A DNA stretch of 62,982 nucleotides from Methanothrix sp. (GCA_040770465.1 JAXGJB010000011.1:1-62982), one strand, 5' to 3'; counted from the stretch's first letter, positions 49,420 to 59,573 are shown. A program made the numbers and translations. Notes: generated by a model not told the origin, from the sequence alone.

Positions 49420-51002
49420 AGGTGGCGATCCTCTACAACATCCCCGGCGAGGGCTCCGCTAGGAGCAAGACCGAGATGGCGGCGGAGACCGAGGTCCTGG
49501 AGACGGTTGAGGGCGCGAAACGGAGCCTGGAAGCGAGAGGCATCGAGGCCGTCCCCCTGAGTTGCAGCCTCGAAGCGCTCTTCTCCTTGCGAAACTTCGA
49601 CCTGGTCATCAACCTCGCCGAGGGCTTTCTCGACGACCTCCGTGCCGAGCCGAACGTCGCCGGGTTCATCGAGCTTCTCGGCGTCCCTTACACCGGCTCC
49701 TCGCCCCGAGCCCTGGAGGTCGCCAGGGACAAGGGGCTCTCAAAGCTCGTCCTCGAGCAGGAGGGGATACCCACCCCCCGGTTCTCGATATTTAGGACCG
49801 CCGCCGACCCATTCAGCCTCGACTTTCCCGTGATCGTCAAGCCCCTCCTGGAAGATGCAAGCATAGGCATCACAGTCGACTCCATATCGAGGGACGAGGA
49901 TGATCTGCGGGCGAAGGTCGCCCGAGTTATCGAGACCTACAGCCAGCCCGCCCTCGTCGAGGAGTACATCGAGGGTAGAGAGGTGAACGCCGCCCTCTTC
50001 ATCGGCCCCGACGGCACAGAAGTCCTCCCCCCATCGGAGATAGTATTCAACCTGCCCGAGGGCGTGCCGAGGATCCTCGGCTTTGAGGCGAAGTGGATCG
50101 AGGACAGCCCCTTCTATCAGAACACGGTGCCCCTCTGCCCAGCCCCCCTGGAGCCGAGGCTGTTGAAGAGGATCGAAAACCTGGCAAAGCGGGCCTGCTC
50201 CGCCCTGGGGGTCGAGAACTACGCCCGGGTCGACTTCCGGATCAGAGACGTTGACGGCGAGCCCTTCGTCATCGAGGTGAACCCCAACCCCTGCATCAAC
50301 CCGACGGGGAGCGGCTTCGCCCGGGCCGCGGCTGCCGCAGGGATGGACTACCCGACGCTCATCGAGAGGATAGCTAGGTCCGCCCTGGACCGGTTTGGCG
50401 CGGCCCATCAGTGGGCCGAGCCGACGAGGGAGGCGGAGAAGGGTGGAAAGGAGGGAATGGAGGGAATGGTCGGCGAAGACGGCGGCTTCTCGGCGGGAAA
50501 TCTCAGATTCGCCCGGGTGAGGGCAAAAGACGCCCCCCTCCTCTTCGGGTGGTTTGAAGACCAGGAGCTGACAAAGTACATGGAGCCCTCATCGTCCCTC
50601 ACGATAGATCAGCTGACCGTCAGCATCCTCTGCTCCAAGGACGAGGATTTCTTGATTTATTGGGCCGAAAGGCCCATCGGGTTTGCCTCCCTCTACGAGA
50701 GGACCCCCTGCACCGGAGAGATCTCGTACCTCATCGGCGACCCTGAGAGGAGGGGCAAGGGCCTTGGTAGAAAGATCGTGGAGGCGCTTCTGGACCACGG
50801 CTTTTTGCGCCTGGGCCTGAGATCGATCTTCGCCTCGGCGACCGTCGAGAACCAGTCGTCGATAAGGGCTCTGGAGGGGGCGGGCTTTCGGAGGATCGGG
50901 ACCCGTCGGGCCTGCTCGCGGCTGGGAGCTTGCTGTCTCGACGACATCCTCTTCGACATCACGAGAGAGGAGTATCTCGCCCGGATATCACATTTATTTT
51001 AA
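49416..51002 (+). CDS. D-Ala-D-Ala-ligase-like ATP-grasp enzyme fused to RimJ/RimL-type GNAT
   Basis: ATG 49416 (ATGA overlap); INLAEG, KPLLEDASIGI, YARVDFR, IEVNPNP; C-terminal RRGKGLG, NQSSIRALEGAGF. Confidence 0.88.
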   Translation: MKVAILYNIPGEGSARSKTEMAAETEVLETVEGAKRSLEARGIEAVPLSCSLEALFSLRNFDLVINLAEGFLDDLRAEPNVAGFIELLGVPYTGSSPRALEVARDKGLSKLVLEQEGIPTPRFSIFRTAADPFSLDFPVIVKPLLEDASIGITVDSISRDEDDLRAKVARVIETYSQPALVEEYIEGREVNAALFIGPDGTEVLPPSEIVFNLPEGVPRILGFEAKWIEDSPFYQNTVPLCPAPLEPRLLKRIENLAKRACSALGVENYARVDFRIRDVDGEPFVIEVNPNPCINPTGSGFARAAAAAGMDYPTLIERIARSALDRFGAAHQWAEPTREAEKGGKEGMEGMVGEDGGFSAGNLRFARVRAKDAPLLFGWFEDQELTKYMEPSSSLTIDQLTVSILCSKDEDFLIYWAERPIGFASLYERTPCTGEISYLIGDPERRGKGLGRKIVEALLDHGFLRLGLRSIFASATVENQSSIRALEGAGFRRIGTRRACSRLGACCLDDILFDITREEYLARISHLF

Positions 51003-51051
51003 AAATTGAGCCGGCAGCTCTGCTAGAGGATGCGCCGCCGCAACTTGACTC

Positions 51052-51654
51052 TCATTTGAGATCATCCCGAGTGGGATGCATTAAATAGCCACCGAATCCA
51101 AGCACCCAAAGAACAAATGGATAAACAATCATTCTCTCCATCCCGCCAGGACCCAATCCTAAATATTGTTTAGTAATATACAGAATGAGTGCAACTGATG
51201 TAATAACCCCAAGAATAATTGATATGTAACGGAATGGAGACTTCAACAAAAAGAATGCTGCGATTGGAGAAAGCCCTCCAGAGACAAAAGTAATTAAGGC
51301 TGCAATGACATGAATTTTACCTGTAAATTCTGGGAAAATACCAACACACATTGCTCCAATGCCTGAAAATGCAATCAAAAAAGAAAGAATATTTGATTTA
51401 AATTCGGAATAGATCAGGTAAGCTGCGATAATAGACAGCACCCCAGTTAAAATAATGGATGTATTAAAAATAGTTGCGGATGGTTGAAAAATATGACAAT
51501 CAGTTCCTCGGCAGGTGGCCCCCAAATCACTGATATAATTTTGTGATACATTATACCCTGGATATAGTTCCTCAGCTACGTTTAATCCAATGTGAAATAT
51601 AAGCATCGAACTAAAAAGAAGCGCACCAGCAAGTTCTCTGTTGAAATGTTTCAT
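51052..51654 (-). CDS. DUF998 membrane protein
   Basis: YPGYNVSQNYISDLGA, GIFPE, GGMERMIVYP; markedly AT-rich. Confidence 0.85.
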   Translation of the reverse strand: MKHFNRELAGALLFSSMLIFHIGLNVAEELYPGYNVSQNYISDLGATCRGTDCHIFQPSATIFNTSIILTGVLSIIAAYLIYSEFKSNILSFLIAFSGIGAMCVGIFPEFTGKIHVIAALITFVSGGLSPIAAFFLLKSPFRYISIILGVITSVALILYITKQYLGLGPGGMERMIVYPFVLWVLGFGGYLMHPTRDDLK

Positions 51655-51772
51655 ATGCGACCAACTATTCTTTATTGCTTAAATAAATTACGACATTGTT
51701 AAGAGGGTGGAGCATTTCACATATCAAGCCCAAAATCAAGATATACGATCAATCCCTCTCATTTCTGATCGG

Positions 51773-52297
51773 ATGATGAAGAGGAACGAACAGATCGAGG
51801 TCGCCCTCGGCGACATCACGAAATTGAAGGTTGACGCCATCGTCAACGCCGCAAACCCATCCCTCCTCGGCGGCGGAGGCGTCGACGGCGCGATACATCG
51901 GGCGGCGGGCTCCGGCCTTCTCGCGGAGTGCCGGACCCTCAGCGAATGCCCTCCCGGAGAGGCGAGGATCACAAAAGGGTACAACCTTCCCTCGAAATTT
52001 GTGATCCACACAGTGGGACCGATCTGGCGGGGCGGCGGCGCTGGCGAGGACGAGCTTCTGGCGAAGGCATATCGGAACTCTCTCTTGCTCGCAGAAGAGA
52101 ACGGGATTAAGACGATAGCCTTTCCGGCCATCAGCGCCGGAGTCTACGGTTTTCCGATGGACAGGGCTTCAAAGATCGCCGTCGCCGAGATAATGGAATT
52201 TCTGGAGAATAATCAGACTATCGAGAAGGTGACGCTCGTCTGCTTCAGCGAGAGGGCAAGAGGGAGCTATATCGAGGCGCTGGAGCAGGCTGAATAG
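51773..52297 (+). CDS. Macro domain O-acetyl-ADP-ribose deacetylase (YmdB-like)
   Basis: [42 protein letters not shown]. Confidence 0.93.
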   Translation: MMKRNEQIEVALGDITKLKVDAIVNAANPSLLGGGGVDGAIHRAAGSGLLAECRTLSECPPGEARITKGYNLPSKFVIHTVGPIWRGGGAGEDELLAKAYRNSLLLAEENGIKTIAFPAISAGVYGFPMDRASKIAVAEIMEFLENNQTIEKVTLVCFSERARGSYIEALEQAE

Positions 52298-52492
52298 TTC
52301 CATATCCGGCATCATACCCTATACCCTCTTCGCGGTTTGAGAATTGGGGGGCCTTGATGAATCCTTTTTGGGACTGTTATTCTCAAGCCCAGCATATTTT
52401 CAAATACCCAAATCGATCATGCCTCTGAGCGCAAGAGAGATGTATCCCCGGCGCGAAACCCGTCCCCAGGCATAAACTGCGAGGTATTCTCT

Positions 52493-53194
52493 ATGGAACT
52501 TGATGAGATGGCAAAGACGCTGGTCGCGACACTCCACCTGGAAACAAACCCTGTGGGCGTGAAACTTATCAAGAAGGATGAAGACATTCCCAAGGACATG
52601 AAGATGATCCCCGAGCCCCTCCGCTACTGCGAGATGGTCCAGGCTGCAAGGCTCAGGGGCGAGACGACCCTCGCCAAGGTCGATATGCACTCCTGCAAGG
52701 GAGGGGCTGCGGGGCTGGGGCTGATGGAGTTTCCCGAGAACATCGCTTCTGGAAACCTCTACTTCTCGAAGCTGAACAAGGTGGTGACGAAGGAGGCGGG
52801 CTCGAATATCGTATCCTCCTTCCCGGCCCAGAAGGCGGGAAGCACCGTGGCGACCCTGGTTTCTCCCCTCGATAAGATGACAGTGAAGCCTGACGTCGTC
52901 ATCTTCGTCGGAAAGCCCTTCCAGGCGAGAAGGATCGTCCAGGCGGCCCTCTGCAAGGAGGGCGGCAGGGTGAACTTCGACACCTCAGGCATCCAGTCCT
53001 TCTGCGTCGACGCCACCTCATCGCCGATCCTGAAGGGGGACGTCAACGTCTCCATGGGCTGCGACGGCGCCGCCAAGAACGCCGGGCTTGAGGACGACTT
53101 CGTCGTGGTGGGGATCCCCTTCGACATGGTCGAGAAGATCACCCCGATCCTCGCCGAGAGGGGCGAGGGCTGGGACAACTGGATGAGATCCTGA
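52493..53194 (+). CDS. DUF169 family protein
   Basis: PVGVKL, RYCEMV, HSCKGGAAGLG, QSFCVD, SMGCDG. Confidence 0.82.
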   Translation: MELDEMAKTLVATLHLETNPVGVKLIKKDEDIPKDMKMIPEPLRYCEMVQAARLRGETTLAKVDMHSCKGGAAGLGLMEFPENIASGNLYFSKLNKVVTKEAGSNIVSSFPAQKAGSTVATLVSPLDKMTVKPDVVIFVGKPFQARRIVQAALCKEGGRVNFDTSGIQSFCVDATSSPILKGDVNVSMGCDGAAKNAGLEDDFVVVGIPFDMVEKITPILAERGEGWDNWMRS

Positions 53195-53240
53195 TACTGA
53201 TATCGATACCAAGGCTGACGTAATGACGTAAACCGAAATA

Positions 53241-53906
53241 TCAGCGGAGGACCCGCCACCGGAGGAGGACGCCCCCGTCGACGACGTCGGCTCTTATAAG
53301 CTCGAGCCTGGGAAAATCGCGGGAGAAGCCGGGGCCGTCCACCGGGGTGGGCGCCCCCTCTCCTCCGATGATGATGGGGCCTATGTAAACCGAGATCTCG
53401 TCGACGAGCCCAGCCTCAATGAGCGACCAGTTCAACGTGGCTCCCCCCTCCACCATCAGCTTTCTGACCCCTTTTTTCTTCAAAATCGATAGAAGCTCTC
53501 TGAGATCAACCCTATCTTCACCGGCGACGACGATCTCGCATTTCTTTCGCAAGGTGGCGAGCCGATCAGCCGGAGCAGCTTTTGAGACGGCGAGGATGCA
53601 ACCTTTCCCCAGCACCTCCGACCGGGGAGGTGTCCTCGCCCGGCTGTCGACGACGACCCGTAGGGGATCTTCGGGAAGGCCCCGATCCCTCCTCATATTC
53701 CTCAAGTCCAGCGACTTGACCCTGAGCCCCGGATCGTCGGCGAGGACCGTCCCGACGCCCACCATGACGGCGTCGCTCTCGGCCCGGAGGAGCCTCACAC
53801 GGTCCATATCCCTCTGGCCGGATATCCTCACCTGTCGGCGCTCGAAGGAGCTTATTTTGCCGTCGGCGCTCATGGCGCAGTTGATGATTACGTTGGGCCT
53901 CTCCAT
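53241..53906 (-). CDS. 2,5-diamino-6-ribosylamino-4(3H)-pyrimidinone 5'-phosphate reductase (RibD C-terminal type)
   Basis: AMSADGKI, VMVGVGTVLADDP, VVDSRARTP, MVEGGATL; ATG at 53906. Confidence 0.9.
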   Translation of the reverse strand: MERPNVIINCAMSADGKISSFERRQVRISGQRDMDRVRLLRAESDAVMVGVGTVLADDPGLRVKSLDLRNMRRDRGLPEDPLRVVVDSRARTPPRSEVLGKGCILAVSKAAPADRLATLRKKCEIVVAGEDRVDLRELLSILKKKGVRKLMVEGGATLNWSLIEAGLVDEISVYIGPIIIGGEGAPTPVDGPGFSRDFPRLELIRADVVDGGVLLRWRVLR

Positions 53907-53963
53907 GATTATCTCGGGCTTGGAGGAGAAAGCTAAATATTTTCCCTCTCCGACCTTAGGCCG

Positions 53964-55043
53964 ATGAAGAGGACGGCTGACGAGGAGATCGTCCTTTCGG
54001 GGACGATCCTTTTGGGCGAGGACTTCGAGCCCTTCGAGGGGCACCTGACCGTCCGAGACGGGGTCGTAGCCGAGATCGGGTCAGAGAAGGTCGAATCGGA
54101 CTATCAGGGGATAATATGTCCAGCCCTCGTCAACTCTCACGTCCACCTCGGCGACTCAATCTTCAAAGACCCGCCATACCTGCCCTTAGACGAGCTGGTG
54201 GGGCCCGGTGGGCTGAAACACCGGGCCCTCGCCTCCGCCTCCCGGCGAGATCTGGTGGGTGGGATGAGAAGTTCGATATCGATGATGGCCCGCTCGGGAA
54301 CATGCGCCTTCGCCGACTTTCGGGAGGGGGGGATCGACGGGGTCGAGATGCTCATCGAGGCGATGGAGTTGGCGGAGAGGACGGAGGGGATTGACCTGAT
54401 CGGAAGAATCCTGGGAAGGCCCGATCCCGGATCGGTCCGGGTCCACCCGGACTGCTGGGGGGTGGGGATCAGCAGCACGAGAGATCATCCTCGGTCCTGG
54501 GTCGAGGAGGTGGTACAGACTGCGAGGTCAGAGGGGAGAAAGATCGCCCTCCACGCCGGGGAGTCGGGAAGGGGCGACATCGAGGACGCATTGAGCCTCG
54601 AGCCCGACCTCCTCGTCCACCTCACCCGCGCCGAGCCCCGGGACCTGAAGATGGTGGCGGATGCCGGAGTCCCGGTGGCCGTCTGCCCTCGGTCGAACCT
54701 CGCAACGGGGGTGGGGCTTCCCGACATTCCAAGGATGCTGGATCTGGGGATCGTCGTGGGCCTCGGAACCGACAACGTAATGCTCAACAGCCCAAGCCTC
54801 TTCTGTGAGATGGAGTTTACGTCCAAGGCGCTGCTGCATAACGATAGACAGGTATTTATGATGTGCACGCTAAACGGTCCTCGGATCCTGGGCGCTGACG
54901 ACGAGGCCGGACCCATCAGCGCTGGCAAGAAGTGCAGGATAATGGTCATCGACCGACGGTCGGAGAACATGATGGGGACAAAAGACCCCCTCGCAAGCGT
55001 CGTCAGGAGGGCGATGCCCTCCGACGTTCTGGCCGTCATCTAG
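53964..55043 (+). CDS. Amidohydrolase family protein
   Basis: NSHVHLGDS, LHAGE, VHLT, CPRSN, LGTDN. Confidence 0.9.
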   Translation: MKRTADEEIVLSGTILLGEDFEPFEGHLTVRDGVVAEIGSEKVESDYQGIICPALVNSHVHLGDSIFKDPPYLPLDELVGPGGLKHRALASASRRDLVGGMRSSISMMARSGTCAFADFREGGIDGVEMLIEAMELAERTEGIDLIGRILGRPDPGSVRVHPDCWGVGISSTRDHPRSWVEEVVQTARSEGRKIALHAGESGRGDIEDALSLEPDLLVHLTRAEPRDLKMVADAGVPVAVCPRSNLATGVGLPDIPRMLDLGIVVGLGTDNVMLNSPSLFCEMEFTSKALLHNDRQVFMMCTLNGPRILGADDEAGPISAGKKCRIMVIDRRSENMMGTKDPLASVVRRAMPSDVLAVI

Positions 55044-55054
55044 AGGTTCTTACC

Positions 55055-55489
55055 ATGTTTGAGAGGATAATGATAGCAACCGACGGCTCGAAACATAGCG
55101 AGCGGGCGGCGGAGGTAGGGGTAGAACTCGCCAGGCTTTCTGGGGGCGCCGTCACCGTCGTCTACGTCGCCGATACGGGACGGCTGAGCCACCTTCCCGA
55201 GGACATGGCCCTTGCGAGCATCAGAGACCTTCTGATCAAAGAAGGCGAGGACGCCACCAATTTCATCGGAGAGATGGCCGAGAGGGCGGGCGTCCCCTGC
55301 ACCAAAGAGGTGATCGAGGGCAACCCCAGCGAGGAGCTGATAAGGCGCGCAGAGTCCGGGGCGGAGATGCTGGTCATGGGGAGCGTCGGGCGGACCGGCC
55401 TCGACAAGTTCCTCCTGGGCAGCGTCGCCGAGAAGGTTGTCCGAAACTCCAGGGTGCCGGTCCTTACAGTGCCGGGGGAGAAGGTTTGA
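55055..55489 (+). CDS. Universal stress protein
   Basis: IMIATDGS, VMGSVGRTGLDKFLLGSVAEKVVR. Confidence 0.93.
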   Translation: MFERIMIATDGSKHSERAAEVGVELARLSGGAVTVVYVADTGRLSHLPEDMALASIRDLLIKEGEDATNFIGEMAERAGVPCTKEVIEGNPSEELIRRAESGAEMLVMGSVGRTGLDKFLLGSVAEKVVRNSRVPVLTVPGEKV

Positions 55490-56349
55490 AGATAATTCCG
55501 GTCAGAGAGGTGATGGTGAGGGACGTCGCCTACGTGACGGTCCCCGGATCGAGGGACATGGTGCTGAAGGCCCTGAAAGAGAGGCACGTCTCGGGGGTCC
55601 CGGTGGTCAAGGGCGGCGAGCTTGTTGGGATGGTGACCAGGACCGACCTTCTTCGTAACCCCGAGGAGGACCAGACGGCGCTTCTGATGACCCGGGACCC
55701 TCTGGTCGTCAGTCCCGACGACAGCATCATCGAGGCGGCGAGGCTTCTGGCGGAGAACGACATAAGGCGTCTTCCCGTGGTGGAGGACGGCTCCCTTGTG
55801 GGGATCGTGAGCGTCGCCGACGTCATCCGGGTGGTCTCAGAGCTGGATATTAAGAGGCAGATAGAGAGGTACTTTGAAAAGGCTACTGTAGCTCTCTGGG
55901 ACGAGATGCCTCTTCCGGTGGCGGGAGCCGTGATGGAGTACGCCAACGTCCAGGCCTCTCCGGTCATAGACACCGACCTCAAGCTGGTGGGGATCGTCTC
56001 CGACCGGGACCTGATAAACGCGTCCGTCATTGAAGACTCCGTGGAGATGTCGGACATGTCCTCCGCGACCGACGAGGACGAGTGGACCTGGGAGAGCACC
56101 AGGGACACTTTGAACTTCTACTATGGGGTTTCTCGAATCTCTCTGCGGGATGTGCCCGTAAAACAGGCGATGGTCCCTGCCGTCACCGCCATCAAGACAA
56201 GCGAGGTCTCGGAGTGCGCAAGAGTGATTATGAGAAACAAGATCGACCAGCTCCCAGTGGTTACGGCCCATCAGAAGCTGGCGGGGATGCTGAAAGACTC
56301 CGACCTACTCTGGGCTCTGATCGAGCACTCCCTTGAAATAGAGGCCTGA
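55486..56349 (+). CDS. CBS domain protein (four CBS motifs)
   Basis: Repeated VPVV..GELVGMVTRTD / LPVV..LVGIVS motifs. Confidence 0.9.
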   Translation: MKIIPVREVMVRDVAYVTVPGSRDMVLKALKERHVSGVPVVKGGELVGMVTRTDLLRNPEEDQTALLMTRDPLVVSPDDSIIEAARLLAENDIRRLPVVEDGSLVGIVSVADVIRVVSELDIKRQIERYFEKATVALWDEMPLPVAGAVMEYANVQASPVIDTDLKLVGIVSDRDLINASVIEDSVEMSDMSSATDEDEWTWESTRDTLNFYYGVSRISLRDVPVKQAMVPAVTAIKTSEVSECARVIMRNKIDQLPVVTAHQKLAGMLKDSDLLWALIEHSLEIEA

Positions 56350-56466
56350 GGTCGAGTTCGACGGGCAGAGAGGGTGCGACCGGCCCCTCTCAGCCTCATT
56401 CCGAATCGGATGTATATTTTTGGGGTATTTATTTAAGGTCTCGGAAGATATCTTTTAGCAGGTCTT

Positions 56467-59205
56467 ATGAGCAGCCAAAAGAGCCTCCGGTTCTTCCCGA
56501 AGGACGTGGTATTTGCCCGCCTCAACACCAGCCCGTCGGGGCTTGACGGGTCTGAGGCGGATAGAAGGCTTGAGGAGTTCGGGCCCAACGAGATCGAGAG
56601 GAAGAGGGAGAAGAGCTACCTCAAGGAGTATCTCCGGCAGTACCTCGCCTTCTTCGCCATCCTCCTGGAGGTGGCGGCGGCCCTCTCTCTGGTGGCGGAC
56701 CACTACTCGCCAGGCGAGGGGTACAACATCCTCTCTTTTGCCATCCTCGGAGCCGTCTTCATCAACGCCACCTTCGCCTTCTGGCAGGAGTACAAAGCTG
56801 ACAAGACCGTCGAGGCCCTCAGAAAGCTGATCCCCAGCATGGCGAAGGTGAAAAGGGGCGGCATAATCGAGGTGGTGGACGCCAAAAAGCTCGTCCCCGG
56901 AGACGTATTGGTCGTCGACGAGGGGGACAGGATCGGTGCCGACGCGGTCCTCTTCGAGGCGAACTCCCTCTCCGTCAACATGGCAGCTCTGACGGGGGAG
57001 GCGATGCCGGCGAGGAGGTCGGCCGAGGCCGACGCCAGCGAGGAGATCCTGGACGCGAGGAACATCGTATTCGCCGGGACGACCGTCGCCTCGGGTAACG
57101 GCCTTGCCGTCGTCTTTGCCACCGGGAAGGAGACGGAGTTCGGAAGGATCGCGTTGCTCTCCAAAGAGGTCGAGAAGAGGCTGACGCCGATGGAGATTGA
57201 GATCACTCGGATCACAAGGATCCTCACCCTCGCGGCTCTTTTGGTCGGCGGGATCTTCTTCGGACTCGGCGTCCTCTCGGGGCAGGGATGGCCCGTCGCC
57301 GCCATCTTCGCCCTCTCCCTCATCGTCGCCAACGTCCCCGAGGGGATGCTCCCCACCATCACATTATCCCTGTCGCTGGCCAGCCGGAACATGGCGAAGA
57401 GGAACGCCCTCATCAAGAACCTCTCCTCCGCCCAGACCCTGGGGAGCGCCACGGTGATCTGCACCGACAAGACCGGGACGATCACCCGAAACGAGATGAC
57501 GATGAAGGAGATCCGGCTCTCCAGCGGCGAGGAGATATCGGTCAGCGGAGAGGGTTACTTCGAGGACGGCGACTTCAGCTTCGATGAAGAGAGAACCGGC
57601 TCCCGGGATCGGCTCAGCTTCCTCCTGGCAGCTGCCGTCTTGAACTCCAGGGCGACGATCGGCGATGGGGGGTCCGCCTTCGGCGATCCGACGGAGCTGG
57701 CCATCGTCGCCGCCGCCAGGAAGGCACGAATTTCAGGAGAGGGGTACAGGAAGGTCGAGGAGATCCCCTTCACGAGCGACAGGAAGATGATGTCGACGAT
57801 CTGCGAGAAGGATGGCTCGAGGATCATCTTCTCCAAGGGAGCGCCGGAGGTGCTGATCAGGCTGTCGAGCCGGATCGTCGACGGAGATGGGAGGATCCGG
57901 CCCCTGGAAGGCCCGGATAAAGAGTATATCGAGGCGAAGGCCGAGGAGCTGGAGCGGAACGCGTACAGGCTCATCGCCGTCGCCTACAAGGAGGGGGAGG
58001 GGAACGAGGAGGGTGAGGATGAATCGGACCAATCGGACCTGGATGAATCGGACCTGGTATTTCTGGGGCTTCTGGGGATCATGGACCTTCCCCGAGAGGA
58101 GGTCTACGACGCCATAGCAAAGTGCCAGAAGGCCTCGATCAGGGTGATGATCCTCACCGGCGACAACCCTCTGACGGCAGGAGCGATCGCCGAGAAGGTG
58201 GGGCTCCGTGTGGACGCCGCCCTCACCGGCGACGAGATCCGGCACATCCCCGACGAGGATCTGGCGAAGCTCCTCGCCGAAAAGAACGTCCTCTTCGCCC
58301 GGATGAGGTCGGAGCAGAAGCTGCGGATCGCCTCCATCCTCCAGGAGAACGGGGAGGTGGTGGCGATGACCGGCGACGGCGTCAACGACGCCCCGGCTCT
58401 GAGGAGGGCGGACATCGGGATATCCATGGGAAAGAAGGGGACGGAGGTGGCAAAAGAGGCGGCGGACATGATCCTCCTCGACGACAACTTCGCCTCCATC
58501 GTCGCCGCCATCGAGGAGGGGAGGACCGTCTACTTCAACATCAAAAAGTTCGTCACCTACATTCTCGCGTCGAACGTCCCCGAGATCGCGCCGTACATAC
58601 TCCAGTTCTTCCTCAAGATCCCCCTCCCCCTCTCAGTCATCCAGATCCTCTCCATCGACCTCGGGACGGACATGCTCCCCGGCCTGGCGCTGGGGAGCGA
58701 GGCGCCGGAGCGGGACATCATGGACCGACCACCCGTCGGCAAGAACGAGCGGATCCTCGACCGGGAGGTCTTCAAGCGGGGGTACTTCTTTTTGGGGGCG
58801 ATCGAGGGGACGGCGGCCATTACCGCGTTCCTCGGTTTTCTCTTCTTGAACGGCTGGCACTACGGCGACCTCTCGATCTCCAACACCGCCCTCCACAAAC
58901 AGGCGATGACGATGACCCTCCTCGGCGCCGTCAGCTGCCAACTTTTGAACGTCTGGACGCTGCGGTCCTGGGAGTTCTCGGCTTTCAGCCGGGGCTTATT
59001 CAAAAACAGGCTTCTCTTGGCGGCCATCGTCATCGAGCTTCTCTGGGTATACGCCCTCCTGAACGTGGGGTTCGTCCAGTTCGTCTTCAACACCGCCGCT
59101 GTACCCACCGGATACCTCTGGATCCTCCTGCCCTTCCCGATCGTTCTATTTGCAAGCCACGAGGCCTACAAGCGGAGGCTGCGGAAGAGGGCAAAAAGAG
59201 AATGA
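56467..59205 (+). CDS. Cation-transporting P-type ATPase (type II)
   Basis: LTGE, VPEG, DKTGT, KGAPE, TGDN, MTGDGVNDAPAL. Confidence 0.95.
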   Translation: MSSQKSLRFFPKDVVFARLNTSPSGLDGSEADRRLEEFGPNEIERKREKSYLKEYLRQYLAFFAILLEVAAALSLVADHYSPGEGYNILSFAILGAVFINATFAFWQEYKADKTVEALRKLIPSMAKVKRGGIIEVVDAKKLVPGDVLVVDEGDRIGADAVLFEANSLSVNMAALTGEAMPARRSAEADASEEILDARNIVFAGTTVASGNGLAVVFATGKETEFGRIALLSKEVEKRLTPMEIEITRITRILTLAALLVGGIFFGLGVLSGQGWPVAAIFALSLIVANVPEGMLPTITLSLSLASRNMAKRNALIKNLSSAQTLGSATVICTDKTGTITRNEMTMKEIRLSSGEEISVSGEGYFEDGDFSFDEERTGSRDRLSFLLAAAVLNSRATIGDGGSAFGDPTELAIVAAARKARISGEGYRKVEEIPFTSDRKMMSTICEKDGSRIIFSKGAPEVLIRLSSRIVDGDGRIRPLEGPDKEYIEAKAEELERNAYRLIAVAYKEGEGNEEGEDESDQSDLDESDLVFLGLLGIMDLPREEVYDAIAKCQKASIRVMILTGDNPLTAGAIAEKVGLRVDAALTGDEIRHIPDEDLAKLLAEKNVLFARMRSEQKLRIASILQENGEVVAMTGDGVNDAPALRRADIGISMGKKGTEVAKEAADMILLDDNFASIVAAIEEGRTVYFNIKKFVTYILASNVPEIAPYILQFFLKIPLPLSVIQILSIDLGTDMLPGLALGSEAPERDIMDRPPVGKNERILDREVFKRGYFFLGAIEGTAAITAFLGFLFLNGWHYGDLSISNTALHKQAMTMTLLGAVSCQLLNVWTLRSWEFSAFSRGLFKNRLLLAAIVIELLWVYALLNVGFVQFVFNTAAVPTGYLWILLPFPIVLFASHEAYKRRLRKRAKRE

Positions 59206-59282
59206 CGTAATCAGATCGCTCCGATCATCCCGGCCATCAGGGGTTTGAGATTTTGAGACAGAAGTCCGACGGGGTCCAAGCT

Positions 59283-59573
59283 TCATCCCGCCCCGCCCCT
59301 CTCGGCCTGGGACTTGACCAGGGCGCCGTAGGCCTCTCCTGACTCGGTGAGGACGATAGCCCCGTCGGCGATCTCGATCAGCCCCGCCAGCTCCAGCCGA
59401 TGGAGATGGTAGCCGAGCATATTCGGGCCGACGGCCTTGGCGATCCCTTCGACCGAGAGGCACCCCTCCACCATCAGGATGATCATCCTCCTTCGAATGG
59501 GGTTTTCGAGGGCGTGATGGACGAGGGCCATCTCCTCGGGGGACTCGGGCTTCGGCTTTCGTCCGATCTTCAT
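59283..59573 (-). CDS. ArsR-like winged helix protein
   Basis: ALENPIRRRMI, LGYHLHRLELAGLI. Confidence 0.8.
   Translation of the reverse strand: MKIGRKPKPESPEEMALVHHALENPIRRRMIILMVEGCLSVEGIAKAVGPNMLGYHLHRLELAGLIEIADGAIVLTESGEAYGALVKSQAERGGAG

Noticed and set aside
47322-51002. Calling the operon ablAB or ddl
   Set aside because: The GNAT looks RimJ/RimL-like and is fused to a ligase, unlike stand-alone AblB; no cell-wall gene context supports ddl.
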